A stretch of DNA of 63,997 nucleotides, counting the filler, from Saprolegnia diclina VS20 (lineage: Eukaryota), in NCBI RefSeq assembly GCF_000281045.1. It is 5 parts of 2 records of this genome, joined end to end, with 100 filler letters (N's around TTAATTAATTAA, not from the genome) between each part and the next. Parts side by side here need not be neighbours in the genome. Positions count along the whole stretch, not along the records: positions 19,988 to 42,637 come from NW_008246127.1; positions 42,738 to 62,892 come from NW_008246128.1; 3 more parts are not named here. One strand, 5' to 3'. A program made the position numbers and the translations under genes. The notes under the pieces were generated by a model, which did not search any database, was not told the origin of the DNA, and worked only from the letters and a program-made list of their open reading frames with translations. Positions 35,476-47,604 of this stretch are shown one piece after another; position 1 is the first letter of the stretch; each line of letters begins with the position of its first letter.

Positions 35476-36447
35476 CTAGCCTTCGAGCTCCTCTTCCTTG
35501 TCGACGATCGCTTCCGCGAGCTTCATGAGGTACTGCAGCTGCACGGTGAGGCGCTTGGAGGACTCGAGGTCATGCGACCCGTCAAAAGCCGACGTGATCT
35601 GCACGACGCACGCCTCAATGTCGGTCGCATTCGCCTTCTTCAGCGGCTCGAGCTCATCGACGGACGTGCAGTCGTCGACTTGCTCGCTATATACAGGCAT
35701 AAGAGACAAGGCAAAATGCGTTCGCAAAATGCTACCGGGCTTCCATAATGTGCATCAGGATCGCTGGGTCCATGAGCGTGGTGTTGTCGCCAAGGGCGTC
35801 GATTCCGTGGAGATGCAGCTACAGGACGAACCAGAATGATTTCGATGACAGGCCATATCGCGGTCGTACGAGGTAGTTGGCGCGGGTTGTCGGCGCTTTG
35901 AGCATGTTGTACGCCGTGTTGATCACAGCCGAGTTGGTGACCGAGAGCTCCTTTTCCGTCTATGGCAGGCGTGAGCACTGCTGCTGCTGAGGATGGAAAG
36001 AGGCGCGTACCTCCGACTTGTGGCCATACAGATCCGGGTGCATCTTCTTCTGGAGACTCCAATAGAGCTGCTCGACGGCCTTGGGATCGATCGAGAAGTT
36101 CTCGGGACTGCGAGGTGATGATGATGGTATGATGGTGCATGGAAGAGCGTACATGCCAAAGATCTTGAAGTAGTTGCATGCGCCGCTCGGATTCAGCGGC
36201 TGGATGTGGTTGCACGTGCCGCAGAAGAAGACGCAGCAGTCGTTGGGCTTGCCGCAGTTCCAGCACTTTTCTAGGGCTTTGGTCAGTGAAAGGGCATGAC
36301 GACGAGTGACCTACGGTCCGTGTGGGCGTGCGCTTTGACGCGGTCACAACACGGCGCCGTCGAGAGCATCTGGAAGCGGCGCGGCGCCAGCGGCGACGCC
36401 ATGCGGCGGCCAAGGACGCGGGCCACGAGCGTGGTTGCAGCTTGCAT
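35476..36447 (-). CDS. HSCB: Mitochondrial Fe-S cluster co-chaperone HscB/HSC20/Jac1; multi-exon
   Basis: Arg-rich presequence, CWNC...FFCGTC metal site, J-domain NYFKIFG...LQKKMHPD, SAVINTAYNMLKAPTTRANYL, LMHIMEARE and a C-terminal oligomerisation helix. Confidence 0.92.
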
Positions 36448-36901
36448 TGTTGACCACTTCTGCATACCGCGTAATAGAATCCTGATTCCAAAGACTTCTT
36501 GGATCGCCGGCTTCATTTAATACACGTGCATACCAATACTAAGTCTAAATTGAAAATCATAAATTTTATACAACTGCCGGTGTATTTTAATGAAGGAATT
36601 CAGAAGGCTATTCGCACGCTTCCTAATCTTACGGCGGCGTGGCAATTCGAATGGTATGCAGGAGCTCGCAACGTATGCCTCCCATGGCTCAAGGAGACAT
36701 ACTGCACACACGAGTTCATTCGATTGCCACCATACCGTGTGCAGGAATGCAAGGCCAAGATAGCCCCAAAGACGCCAATCTAATTTCAACAGGAAGAATG
36801 TTGCACCTCTTAAGGAGCGTGCAAATAGCCCATTGCGAGGTCCGAGGAAGTGTACGGATAACAAGGACACGAAAACGCCCGAGATCTTGGGCAGTGGCAG
36901 C

Positions 36902-39046
36902 ATGAAGGACGAAGACGTGCTGGAAGACATTGACTTTGACGAGCTCGACGACCACCTCGAGCAGTTCCAGCAGGACGACTTCATCAAGGAGGCGCTGGCC
37001 AAGGGCGTGGACCTGCGCCAGTACGCGATGCAGATCGACCGCGAGCTGCGCGACGTCGAGATGGAGTCGATCACGCAGTATGTAGCCAAGTCGGCCGACA
37101 TTGTCGACCTGTACAACCAAGTGCAGTCGTGCGATGACATCCTCGCGCGCATGCAGGAGATGCTCCTCGGGTTCCAAGCCGACCTTGGCGGCATCAGCGA
37201 CGAGATCCGCCACCTCCAGAACGAGTCCATTGGCATGAACATCAAGCTCAAGAACCGGCGCGAGGCCGAGGAGCGTCTCCGGGTCTTCCTCGATCAAGTC
37301 AGCTCCGATCATCCACTCTCTGTCTCATGCGCATGTGGTCGTAGGTCTACATTCCGCCGACGCTCATCGAGGGCATTGACGACGGCGAAGTCAACGACGG
37401 CTTCGTCTCGTACCTCATGATCCTCAACAGCAAGCTCACGTACGCCAAGCAAGCCGAGGCCGACGTTTCGTCGCTGGGCATTGTCCCGGGCACGACGCCT
37501 GCGGTCAAGCAGGTCGAGTCGGACCTCGAGAAGCTCAAGCTGCGCGCCTGTGCCCAGGTTCGCCCACATTGCCCTTTCTCTATCTCTCCACATATCTCAC
37601 GCCACAGTCTAGATTCGCGAATGGCTGCTCGGGCGCATCAACGACCTCAAGAAGCCCAAGACCAACGTGCAGATCGTGCAGCAGACAACACTACTCAAGA
37701 TGAAGTACGCGGTCTCATTTCTACACGACCAAGCGCCGTCGATGGCGCTCGAATTCCGCGAGACGTACGCCGAGACCATGAGCCGCATCCTCTTTGGCGT
37801 CTTCAAGGCCTACCACACGGGCCTTATCAAGTTTCATGACGAAGCCGCGTCACGCACCGACGTCATTGCGGTCGAGGAGGCGTCGCTCAAGTCCATGTTC
37901 TCATCGCGCGTCACCGTCAACAAGCAAACGAACGCCTTCTCGCTCGGCGACCGCGACCAGATTCTGGCGCAAGCGACCGCGCCGCCCATTATGATCCACG
38001 TCGCGCAGGCTGAGAATCTCAAGTGTCCGTACGAGACCATCTTTCGGAGCCTCCAGCAGCACCTGATGAACGCAGCGACGTCCGAGTACCTCTTCCTCCT
38101 CGACTTCTTCCATGGCGCCGACGGCTTCAAGGTCCGCGAATTCTTTCTGCGTATTTTTGCGAAAACACTCTCGCTCTGCCTCGAGCAGCTGGAGAACTAC
38201 CTCTGCACGTCGTTCGACAGCATTGGCCTCCTCCTCATGATCCGCCTCACGACGGACCACAAGACCCTCATGGCCAAGCGTCACGTGCCAGTCCTCGACT
38301 CGTTCTTGGACCGCGTCTTGTTGCTGCTCTGGCCGCGGTACCATGCGGTCATCGACCTCAACGTCCAGAGCGTGCTCCAGGCCAAGCCCAAGAAGCTCGG
38401 CAGCGTCGAGCTCCACCCGCACTACGTCACGCGGCGGTACGCGGAGCTTGTCGCGTCGATTCTGACGCTGGCGCCCATGGACGACGAAGCAAGCGGCGCG
38501 ACCATCTTGAACGGCCTCGCCGCGCTCCGTGACGGCCTCGTCATGCTGTTGGAGAAGCTCTCGGAGGTACACAAGACCTCCAAGGACAAGTGTGTCTTCC
38601 TCATCAACAACTACGACCTCGTGACGAGCGTCGTGACGGAGCGCAAGATCACGTCCGAGGAGACCGCCAAGTTTGACGAGCTTTTGACGGGTCAGCGCGA
38701 CAAGTTTGTGGAAGAAGAGCTCGTGTGCTGGTATGGGCCGCTCATTACGTTCGTGCAGCAAACCGAGGCCAAGGGAGGGGCGCCGGACGCCGGCAAAGTC
38801 GACCGGATCACCAAGGACTTTAACGCCAACTGGAAGAGCGGCATCGACAAGATGAACGGGAATGTGATGAAGTTCTTCTCCAACTTCCGCAACGGCATGG
38901 AGATCCTCAAGCAAGTGCTCACGCAACTCCTCTTGTACTACACGCGCTTTCTCGAAATCGGCAAAAAGACAGGCCGCCCCACGACCGAAATTGTCACGAC
39001 CCAAGAGATTTTGTACGAAATCAAAAAGTACTCGCGGTCGTTCTAA
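36902..39046 (+). CDS. VPS52: GARP/EARP complex subunit Vps52; 3 exons
   Basis: EALAKGVDLRQYA, CDDILARMQEMLLGFQADLGGISDEIRHLQ, PHYVTRRYAE, FLINNYDL, FSNFRNGMEILKQVLTQLLLYYTRF. Start may extend upstream. Confidence 0.95.
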
Positions 39047-39331
39047 GTCGAAAAATACGATGCCGATGCGCGACATTTGTGTAGTGTATCTTTTAGCGAG
39101 TATGGTCGACCGGGTACATATACTAGTGACGATGCGAAGTGGCGTTGATCAAGCAGTCAACAGATCCAACGCGGACGTTGGAATCACTAACTAAAGAAAT
39201 CAAAATGCACTTCAAATTATTGGCAATATGGGATGACAAAATGGTGTCTACAGTGGCCGTCGTCGTCAACGTGGGTCGTCAGTATGCACGGTGTGCTCAA
39301 AGAGACGGGGTCGGCTAGAGGTCGGCGTCGT

Positions 39332-41996
39332 TTACATACACCTGTACTTGCGGAATCCATCGGCGTCACAGTCGTTGTCGGCTTCGTGTGTGGGCATGTA
39401 CATGGCCAAGAAAGCGATAATCTTCTTGGCCGTCGGGCGCTTGGCTGGCTCAAACGCCACGCACGCGGTAATGAGCATCCGTAGCGCGTCGTCACACGTT
39501 GGCTTGGTCGCTGGTGACAACTCCCCCGTCAACACCTTTGCAACGATAGCACTTGGGCTGCCTTGGCCTGCATACGGCTCGTCAACCGTGTGCACCTCGG
39601 ACAAGACGACGCCAAACGAAAAAATGTCGGCGGCCGCCGAGTACGCGCGGTCGCCGCTGGACTTGTTATCGCCAAAGACCTCGGGCGCCATCCAGAGCTG
39701 CGAGCCGACGCCGCCCGTCACGATGGCGTCGACAGTACGTGCAGTACCAAAGTCGCCGAGTTTGATGCCGTGCGCCGTCGACAGCAGGACGTTGGGGCTC
39801 TTGACGTCGCGGTGGACAAGACCTTTCTCGTGGATGTCGGCGAGTGCATGCGCCAGCGCCCACGCCACGTCCATCGTTGTGATTTGCATACCGACGGGTT
39901 CTCTGTCGCGCTTCTTGCGAAGGTACTGGAAGAGATCGCCTTGGTCCATAAACTCNNNNNNNNNNNNNNNNNNNNNNNNNNNNNNNNNNNNNNNNNNNNN
40001 NNNNNNNNNNNNNNNNNNNNNNNNNNNNNNNNNNNNNNNNNNNNNNNNNNNNNNNNNNNNNNNNNNNNNNNNNNNNNNNNNNNNNNNNNNNNNNNNNNNN
40101 NNNNNNNNNNNNNNNNNNNNNNNNNNNNNNNNNNNNNNNNNNNNNNNNNNNNNNNNNNNNNNNNNNNNNNNNNNNNNNNNNNNNNNNNNNNNNNNNNNNN
40201 NNNNNNNNNNNNNNNNNNNNNNNNNNNNNNNNNNNNNNNNNNNNNNNNNNNNNNNNNNNNNNNNNNNNNNNNNNNNNNNNNNNNNNNNNNNNNNNNNNNN
40301 NNNNNNNNNNNNNNNNNNNNNNNNNNNNNNNNNNNNNNNNNNNNNNNNNNNNNNNNNNNNNNNNNNNNNNNNNNNNNNNNNNNNNNNNNNNNNNNNNNNN
40401 NNNNNNNNNNNNNNNNNNNNNNNNNNNNNNNNNNNNNNNNNNNNNNNNNNNNNNNNNNNNNNNNNNNNNNNNNNNNNNNNNNNNNNNNNNNNNNNNNNNN
40501 NNNNNNNNNNNNNNNNNNNNNNNNNNNNNNNNNNNNNNNNNNNNNNNNNNNNNNNNNNNTCGACATTTATCTTTGGATTCGCCAACAGCATGTACAACAT
40601 CGTCGTGTGACCTTTGGCGGCCGCCACATGCAGCGCCGGTTTCGCGTTCTGTGGACGTGATGGGTCCGATGCCATCTTTACGTGGGAGCGTACTGTCGCG
40701 TGGACGTTGACGTTGATATGCAGCAGTTGCTGGACAAGGCTCATGTGGCACTCCTCAACCGCGCGCGCCAAGACCGAGTAGCCTTCCTACAAAAAATCAT
40801 GATGGCAACAACTTCGCTAGTAAGAGAGACGCACAGTATCGACGGCCTCGACGTCCAGTGAGGGCAGCAAGCGTTGCAGCAAGCACGGGTCGTCGTACGT
40901 CAAGGCCTTGTGCAGCAACAACGACTAGAGCAAAGAGTGGTGTGCGTATCACATGACGATGCGTACGTGGCACGGCGCGAAGCTTCTGGCAACGAGTCGC
41001 TCGATGGTTGCCGACTTGTTGTCGCGGACAGCGTTCCACAGCCGCTACATCACGTTGACTGAGCGTATCGAGAGGTTAATGGATGACCTTGGCATATGTT
41101 TTCTTGCGCGAATAGTCCGCGATTACTGCCGCCACATATGCGCATTTTGCGTCTTCTTGGTCGTCTTGCGCTGTCATCCATGGTGTCTTCCCATCCTACA
41201 AAGTCGCATGCTCGCATGTCTAGCTCTCGTACAAAAGAGAATACCATATTGCGTGCGTCCACGTCGGCGCCATGTTCGAGCAAGAGGCGGACAACGTTAA
41301 AGTCGCCACCAAAAGCAGCGTCGTGGAGTGGTGTCGCCCCTTCCAACCGACGTAAAAAAATGTCATTATCCACACGAAATCAACGTACTAGTGATCTTGT
41401 CGCGCGCGTTGATGTCGGCGCCGCGGTCGAGCAAGAGGCGAACGACGCCCACTTCACCGCCATACGCAGCTTTGTGCAATGGCGTCCGACCGTCCTGGAT
41501 TCCCATATATGCCATATCCGAATCGTCAAAAAGCAAGTACCATACCGTGGCACGCGCGTCAGCTAGAGCGCCACGATCGAGCAAGAGGCCAACGACTCTC
41601 AGTTTGCCACCATATGCAGCTTTGTGCATTGGCGTCTCCGCATCCTGCAACCCATTGTTCAAAATCGTAGACCAAGCAAGGTACTAGAGACCTTGTCGCG
41701 TGCGGTCATGTCAGCGCCGCGGTCGAGCAAGAGGCGAGCGACGTCGAATCGACCAAACGACGCAGCTTGGTGCAAAGGCGTTACACCATGCTACACATTG
41801 CACATCAAAATGGCGACCATACGATACCAAGCACGTACTCGGCGTCTGCAGTGGACGTCGACGCCCTCGTCGAGGAGGGACGTGATGCGCGCCAAGTCGC
41901 CAGCTTTGGAAGCGTCGTGCAGTGCTTCCTAATACGATATACGATCGCTCGGTCGTCATTCATTGCCGGTCGTCCGAGTACCTCCTTCGTCGTCAT
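39332..41996 (-). CDS. Ankyrin-repeat TKL protein kinase (interrupted by gap 39956-40559)
   Basis: About 9 ankyrin repeats (TPLHQAA, TPMHKAA, TPLHKAA, TPLHDAA...). Kinase motifs EFMDQGDL, VHRDVKSPNVLL, KLGDFG, WMAPEV, ADIFSFGVVLSE. Linkage across the gap is inferred. Confidence 0.8.
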
Positions 41997-42339
41997 CGGC
42001 AACTGGAAATATTGAGTTTGAGAGATAACGCATTTGTTTTGGGAGGGTGATATATCATTTGAGTTTGCCGTTGTTTGTTTCATTGGATGTTTTAAACAAT
42101 CGCGTTTGACTCGTTTGGTCATTGCAGGTAAATTCCAAGGGCGTATACATGTATCCTTGCTCACAGCAACATCCCTCGCGGGCGGACCAAGCGTCACGTC
42201 GTGTTGAGGTCTCGTTGACAAATGAGATTCCTTGCATGCCGCATACCAATTCCGCATACCTACATTTGAACTGCACATGCCGCCACACCACCTAACCCTT
42301 ATGACCCAAAGGGAAGCGAGTAGTGCGCGTGCCACCTCG

Positions 42340-42637
42340 CTAAAAACGAAAAAGATTCGAGCGTTTCTTCGTATTGTGGGCAAACATGCCACGCACTTTG
42401 GCCAACCTCAAGGGGTTTGTCCAATCGTTGAGGCACTGGGCACATGAATGACGTCATATCTAGTTTTGTCGTCCCGGATACCGAGTTGCGAGAGTCAAGG
42501 GTGATGCCGGGTGTCCGATGAAGAGCATCCAACACCTTGCGCTCGCCGTGGCGCACTGCGAGGTGCAAAAGCGTGTCGCCCACCTAGTACAAGCATGTCT
42601 AGCCATGCAGGTACGAGACGCTTGCGCACGTACCTCG
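42340..42637 (-). CDS. 3' fragment of another ankyrin-repeat gene (5' part lost in gap), possibly frameshifted
   Basis: GDTLLHLAVRHGERKVLDALHRTPGITLDSRNS is followed by an intron and an exon in which GQTP and LEVG lie in different frames. Confidence 0.5.
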
Positions 42638-43087
42638 NNNNNNNNNNNNNNNNNNNNNNNNNNNNNNNNNNNNNNNNNNNNTTAATTAATTAANNNNNNN
42701 NNNNNNNNNNNNNNNNNNNNNNNNNNNNNNNNNNNNNCCCGACGCTTTGTCTGCTGGGCCGTCAACTTATTGGCCACCATGCCGCTTTCGTCGCTACGAA
42801 GTCGACTTTTAACTACGAAACAATTGTTGTCATGTAGGAGGGCGCACCCATATACTTATAGCTGTACATATACATGTCAAGTTCCACCCCCAGTTCATCC
42901 CATTCGAAAATTTCTCGGTTACGGTAACGTTTGACGTTCGAGCAAACTAGTACAGTGTACTCGAAATTTTGCGACCAATCCTGTCCATCAGCTACACTAC
43001 CGGTAACAAACTCGAAGAGCGTTGATGGCGTCGTCTATAACGGTACTGGGCGTTGCTTGGCTTGTGCTCCCTGGACCCACTAGAGTA

Positions 43088-43422
43088 ATGGGTCGCCAAA
43101 AGATCTGGACACCAGAGGAAGTCGCCACGCTCGTGCGAGCTTGGATGTCGGCGAGCACCAGCTCGACTGAAGGCGCCGACAAGAAGGCGGCTCAGTTTTG
43201 GAACAAGGCCTTGCTCGCTTTCACGCGCAGGGTGATTGCGTTTCGCGAAGCGCAAGCGCCGCGAGCAAACAATGGTCGCGTTCCATACGCAAAGCGAACG
43301 TGATCTTCTGTTTCGGTGACGCCCCGAGACGGCCAGCTCTGCTGTGGCCGGACGCGACGTCGCTCTTCACCATCTTGCGACCGACAACACCGCCGCCGTG
43401 GCGTCGCTTGTTTGGTCGGTGA
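43088..43422 (+). pseudogene. Decayed Myb/SANT-like (NAM-associated / Harbinger ORF1-like) fragment
   Basis: MGRQKIWTPEEVATLVRAWMSAS...GADKKAAQFWNK fits the W-T-x-E-E...L-x-x-A-W...F-W pattern. The expected third helix (KQWSRSIRKANVIF) lies in another frame, and the first frame stops at 43303. Confidence 0.5.
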
Positions 43423-44053
43423 AACACCTCGTGCACGAGTTCGCCATCGTCGTCGTCATCGAGCAAGAACTCGCGCCTGTTACGGTGCCTGAGGGCTAAA
43501 ACCGAAGTGAATGTGCGCACGCAAGAGAGCTTACAAAAAGGCGCGAAGCCGGTTAATTCGAATTTATCCGGTATATGCCGCTTGGATAGGATGGACGGGT
43601 GAAGATGACAAACCTATTTCACGATAGGATCCACCAATCACGGCCCTCCGAGAAAATAGGAAATAGGACGTCGGATGGAGATGCTCTTATTGTAGGAAAT
43701 ACTGTCCAGCCTAGAAACGAGGTCTACATTCATCACTTCCACACCACATAATTTATATCGACATGTATTGTGGTAGTTTGTCGCATGGAGGTGCTTGCGA
43801 TGGCAGAGACGCGCGCCGAGCCAAGAGGATTACAAAGATCAAAATTGTGGTCGCTTCAACCGTGGAGCAACCCTCGAATTTAAAACCCAGTTTCAAATCT
43901 TTCTTTGTGTTTGTATACGATGCTGACATATTAAAAATGCCAGACTGTGGTCCGTCGTGAAAAACGCAGGCGACAACACGGTTTCGCCCGGCTTTTCTAT
44001 TGAGCGATTTGTATTGGCCAGCCGAACTTGGGTATCATTTTCGAACCCGTCGC

Positions 44054-47000
44054 ATGAGCCGAAGCGGCAGTAGCAGCGAGCGCCAGCTCAGCTGGAGTGC
44101 CGGCGAAGGAACGCCGCTGCTGAGCCCACTCTCGCGGTCCGCGACGCGGGACGTCAAGCTCGAGATCTCGGGCTCCGTGCGCGACAACCAGGAGAAGTGG
44201 AAGAACCTCGCCGACGTCGACATTGGCAGCCTCGAGCAGCCCGGCGTGCACTGCACGGCGCAGGACATGGCCAACGACATAGACAAGGACCTCGCCGACC
44301 TCAAGGCGCACGATCTCTTTGACGACCGGCTGCCGCATCGCTGGTCCCGGCGCGGGTCCATCTCGCTAAGCGGGACAGGCATCCCGTCGCCCATGAACTT
44401 GCCCAACACGGTCAACAAGTACATGGTCGCGGCGGCCTTCATCCTCGATGGCATCCACGGGCGGAAGATTGGATACCGCGTCGACTATACGTCGTTGCAG
44501 CTCACGCGCATGTTCCACGCGGACTGGTACCGCCACGTCTTCAACTTCATCTCGCTTGTGTGCTGCGCGCTCGCGTTTGTCGAGAACGTCCAGCACTCGA
44601 CGCACTACCTCTGGGTACCACGTACTCCGTTATGGTATTGTGTCTCAATGGCTATTGTAGGTCGAGCTCGTCTGCCTCGTGCTCTTTGGCATCGACATTT
44701 ACATCCGATACGCCATGAGCTCGGACATTACCAAGCGCCAGTTTCGGAAGCGCGAGCCATGGGCGACCGTGCGCCTTGGTCTCATTGCGCTTACGTTTCT
44801 CGACATTGGCCTGTACTTTCTCGGTGTTGGCGTCGCCTTGAACCGCACGTCGCGCATCTTTCGGCCTTTCTTCCTCATTGCGCGCCGCCGCAACGTGCGC
44901 GTCGTCTTTGGGAGCTGCATCCGCGCGCTCAAGGACGTGTTTGTCATTATCTGTCTCGAGTTTTGCCTCGTGGGCTTTTTTGGGCTCATGGGTTACCTCC
45001 TCTTTGCCGACTCGAGCGTCATTCTGGGCGTCCCGTTCTTCTCGACGCTCGGCGACTCGCTGTACAACATGCTTCTCATTAGCTCGTGCATGCCTGCTAT
45101 GGTGCCGGTACGCCACGGTCCGACACCTCGACGATTAAACGAGGTTTGCGTAGGTCATTTTGCCGTACTTTGAGCGGTCGCAGTGGAGTGCGATTTACTT
45201 TGTCATTTTCGTGCTCCTCGCGCACTTTTTCGTCGCCAAGCTCACGATCGCCGTGTCGTACCGCACGTACAAGAAGAACACGGAGAAGATGCTCATCAAG
45301 CGCCTCCAAAAACGCAAGATTGCGCTCCGAAAGGCGTTTGATCTTCTGCGCGACGACGAGGTGACGGGCAAAACCCATTCGATCGTGTCGCTCGAGAGCT
45401 GGATCGCCATTTGCCAGTACGTTATCCTTTTTCTTGCTCGTGAAGCGATTATGTCTTGTCATGCAGGTACCTCAAGCCGTCATGGACGGATGAGGAAGCG
45501 CAGCTCGTCTTCTTTTCGGTCGACGAAGATCGCGACGGCACGGTCGACTTTGCCCAGTTCATGCAGCTCGCGTCCGTGCTTGTGAACGCCAACATCTCCA
45601 AGCGCAACCGGTATTCGATCCAATTCGACGGACTGCGCAAGTGGCAGCACCGTGTGCGGTCGGTTCTGCTCGCGGAAACCAAGATTTTCGGCTACCCGTT
45701 CGTGTACGGCGAGATGGTGGTCGGGTTCCTCATCGTGCTCTCGATCATCCAAGCGACACAAGTCAACAACTATGCGCTCACGTACTCGCTCAACCACACG
45801 TGGCGCTTCGTCGGCATTTGTCTTCTCTCTCTTTTCACGCTCGAGATTGCGCTCAAGCTCTTTGCGTTTGGCTACGACGGTACTGAGTTCTGCATGACAT
45901 ATTGATAGCTCATCGCATGGTCTAGAATTCTTCCACCGCCCGTTCTGCCAACTCGATCTGTGGATCGCGGCCGTCGGTTGGGTCTTTTACCTTCTCACGA
46001 GCCTCTACCCGGGCTTCCCCGTCGTATTCTACGACCTCTCGCTCGCGGTGCGTTCACTGCGCGTGCTCAAGCTCCTCAACTTGATCCCGCCCTTTCATGA
46101 CATTCTCTGGACCATGGTACACTCCCCCATTTCTTATTGCGCAACTCATTGTGCTGGTAGAGTCGGATCTTGCCGCTCGTGTCGCAGCTCAGCCTTGTCA
46201 TTGTGAGCGTCGTCTACTCCTTTGCGATCCTCGTATGTTCACCGCGACCGCTCAAAGCTCAGCGTACCCGACATTATGTAGGCCCAGTCCAACTACGGCC
46301 CCGTTCTCGCGGCCTACCCCGAAGAGCTCAAGCCCGCCGCGACGCCGTGGTACGTCAGCCGCCAAGTGTTTCAGTTCGACACGTTTGAGAGGTACGATGC
46401 GGACGCCGGCGCGTCAATATGGATGCCTGATATTTCACCTAGAGCACTTGTGACGCTGTTCGAAGTCGCGACGCTCGCTGGCTGGAACGCGGTCATGGAT
46501 GCTGCCTACGTCATGACGCAGTCGGCCAACACTCGCGTTTTCTTCTTCACGTACCGCATGACGATCAGCAACATTTTGCTCCCGATTTTCGTCGGTTTCC
46601 TCGTCGAGAGCTTTAGCTCCAACCAAAAGCCCATCCTCGCGTATGTGTCTCGGGAATGCGTATGAGCCTAACAAGTGTGGGTAGGGAGGAAACCGAGTCG
46701 TCGACGACGCAGTTGCTGCCCGTGATTGTCGACCAAATGGGCGTCCCGGACGTCACCAAGCTGCCGCCATCGCACGTCAAGTACAAGATGAGCTTCCAGC
46801 GCCGCGCCAGCGACATCCAGTCGGCCATGTTTGATTTCTCCAAGGCGCGGAAGAGTACAGCCGAGGACGAGCTCGCCAAGGTCAAGCACCAGCTCCAGTT
46901 GATCACAGTCATGAAGGACAAGGAACTCCAAGCGTTACGCGCCAAGCTTGACGACTCGCGCGCCCTCGTCGCGTCCCTCGAGCGCAATCGCGTCCTCTCG

Positions 47001-47096
47001 TCGAGCAACGCGTCCGAGTCATCGAGCGGTGGATCGCGTCCGCCACTGAGCGCGTCGGCGGCCTCCTCCAAGCAAGGAAAAGCCGCATTCGAGTAA
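44054..47096 (+). CDS. TPC: Two-pore channel (TPC-like cation channel) with EF-hand linker; multi-exon
   Basis: Two 6-TM repeats. S4-I NRTSRIFRPFFL and S4-II VRSLRVLKLL. Pore helices FSTLGDSLYNML and FDTFERALVTLFEV. EF-hand DEDRDGTVDFAQF, N-terminal dileucine EGTPLL and C-terminal coiled coil. Confidence 0.88.
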
Positions 47097-47352
47097 ATAT
47101 AAGCCCAATAAGAACACGTATGCGTTTCCTATATTTCAAGGTCGTTGTCAACATTATCGGGATTTTAAGCTCAGATTGCCAACTTGTGCACATGTTGGGC
47201 ATTCTGAATGCTAGATCACTAGGAACGGGAGTTGCGTGCTGGTGAAAGTTGGTTGTGTTTTTAGATATTTTAGAGGTACAAGGGAATTGGGAAGCTAGGC
47301 GGAGGGTCGGCGAGCAGGCGGAAAGCTAGGGCATGTGTGCTGAAGGCGCTCC

Positions 47353-47604
47353 TTAGTGTGCTTCGTCGCTGCTGTCGTAGTTGGGGTCGGCGCGGTCGAC
47401 AACGTCGGTCGTCGGGTGGTGGTAGTCGTCGAGGGCATTGCCCCAGTTGTGGCCACCGGCACCGTGCTTCTTGGGCTCCGCTCCCGAGCCCACGGGGCCG
47501 CGCGACTGGCGGTCCTTGTGGGTGTTCTTCTTGTTCTGGAGTTCGCGGCTCTGGGGCATCTTGGTGAGGTTGAGATCGGATTTGGAAATGGACTTCCGTG
47601 GCAT
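47353..47604 (-). CDS. 83-aa stand-alone PDCD4-N / Stm1-SERBP1-like ribosome-binding microprotein
   Basis: HKDRQSRGPVGSGAEPKKHGAGGHNWG...DVVDRADPNYDSSDE matches the PDCD4 DRRSR...PKKGGAGGKGVWG...DPNYD segment. Strong codon bias, with a CCAAT box ~60 bp upstream. Confidence 0.75.
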   Translation of the reverse strand: MPRKSISKSDLNLTKMPQSRELQNKKNTHKDRQSRGPVGSGAEPKKHGAGGHNWGNALDDYHHPTTDVVDRADPNYDSSDEAH

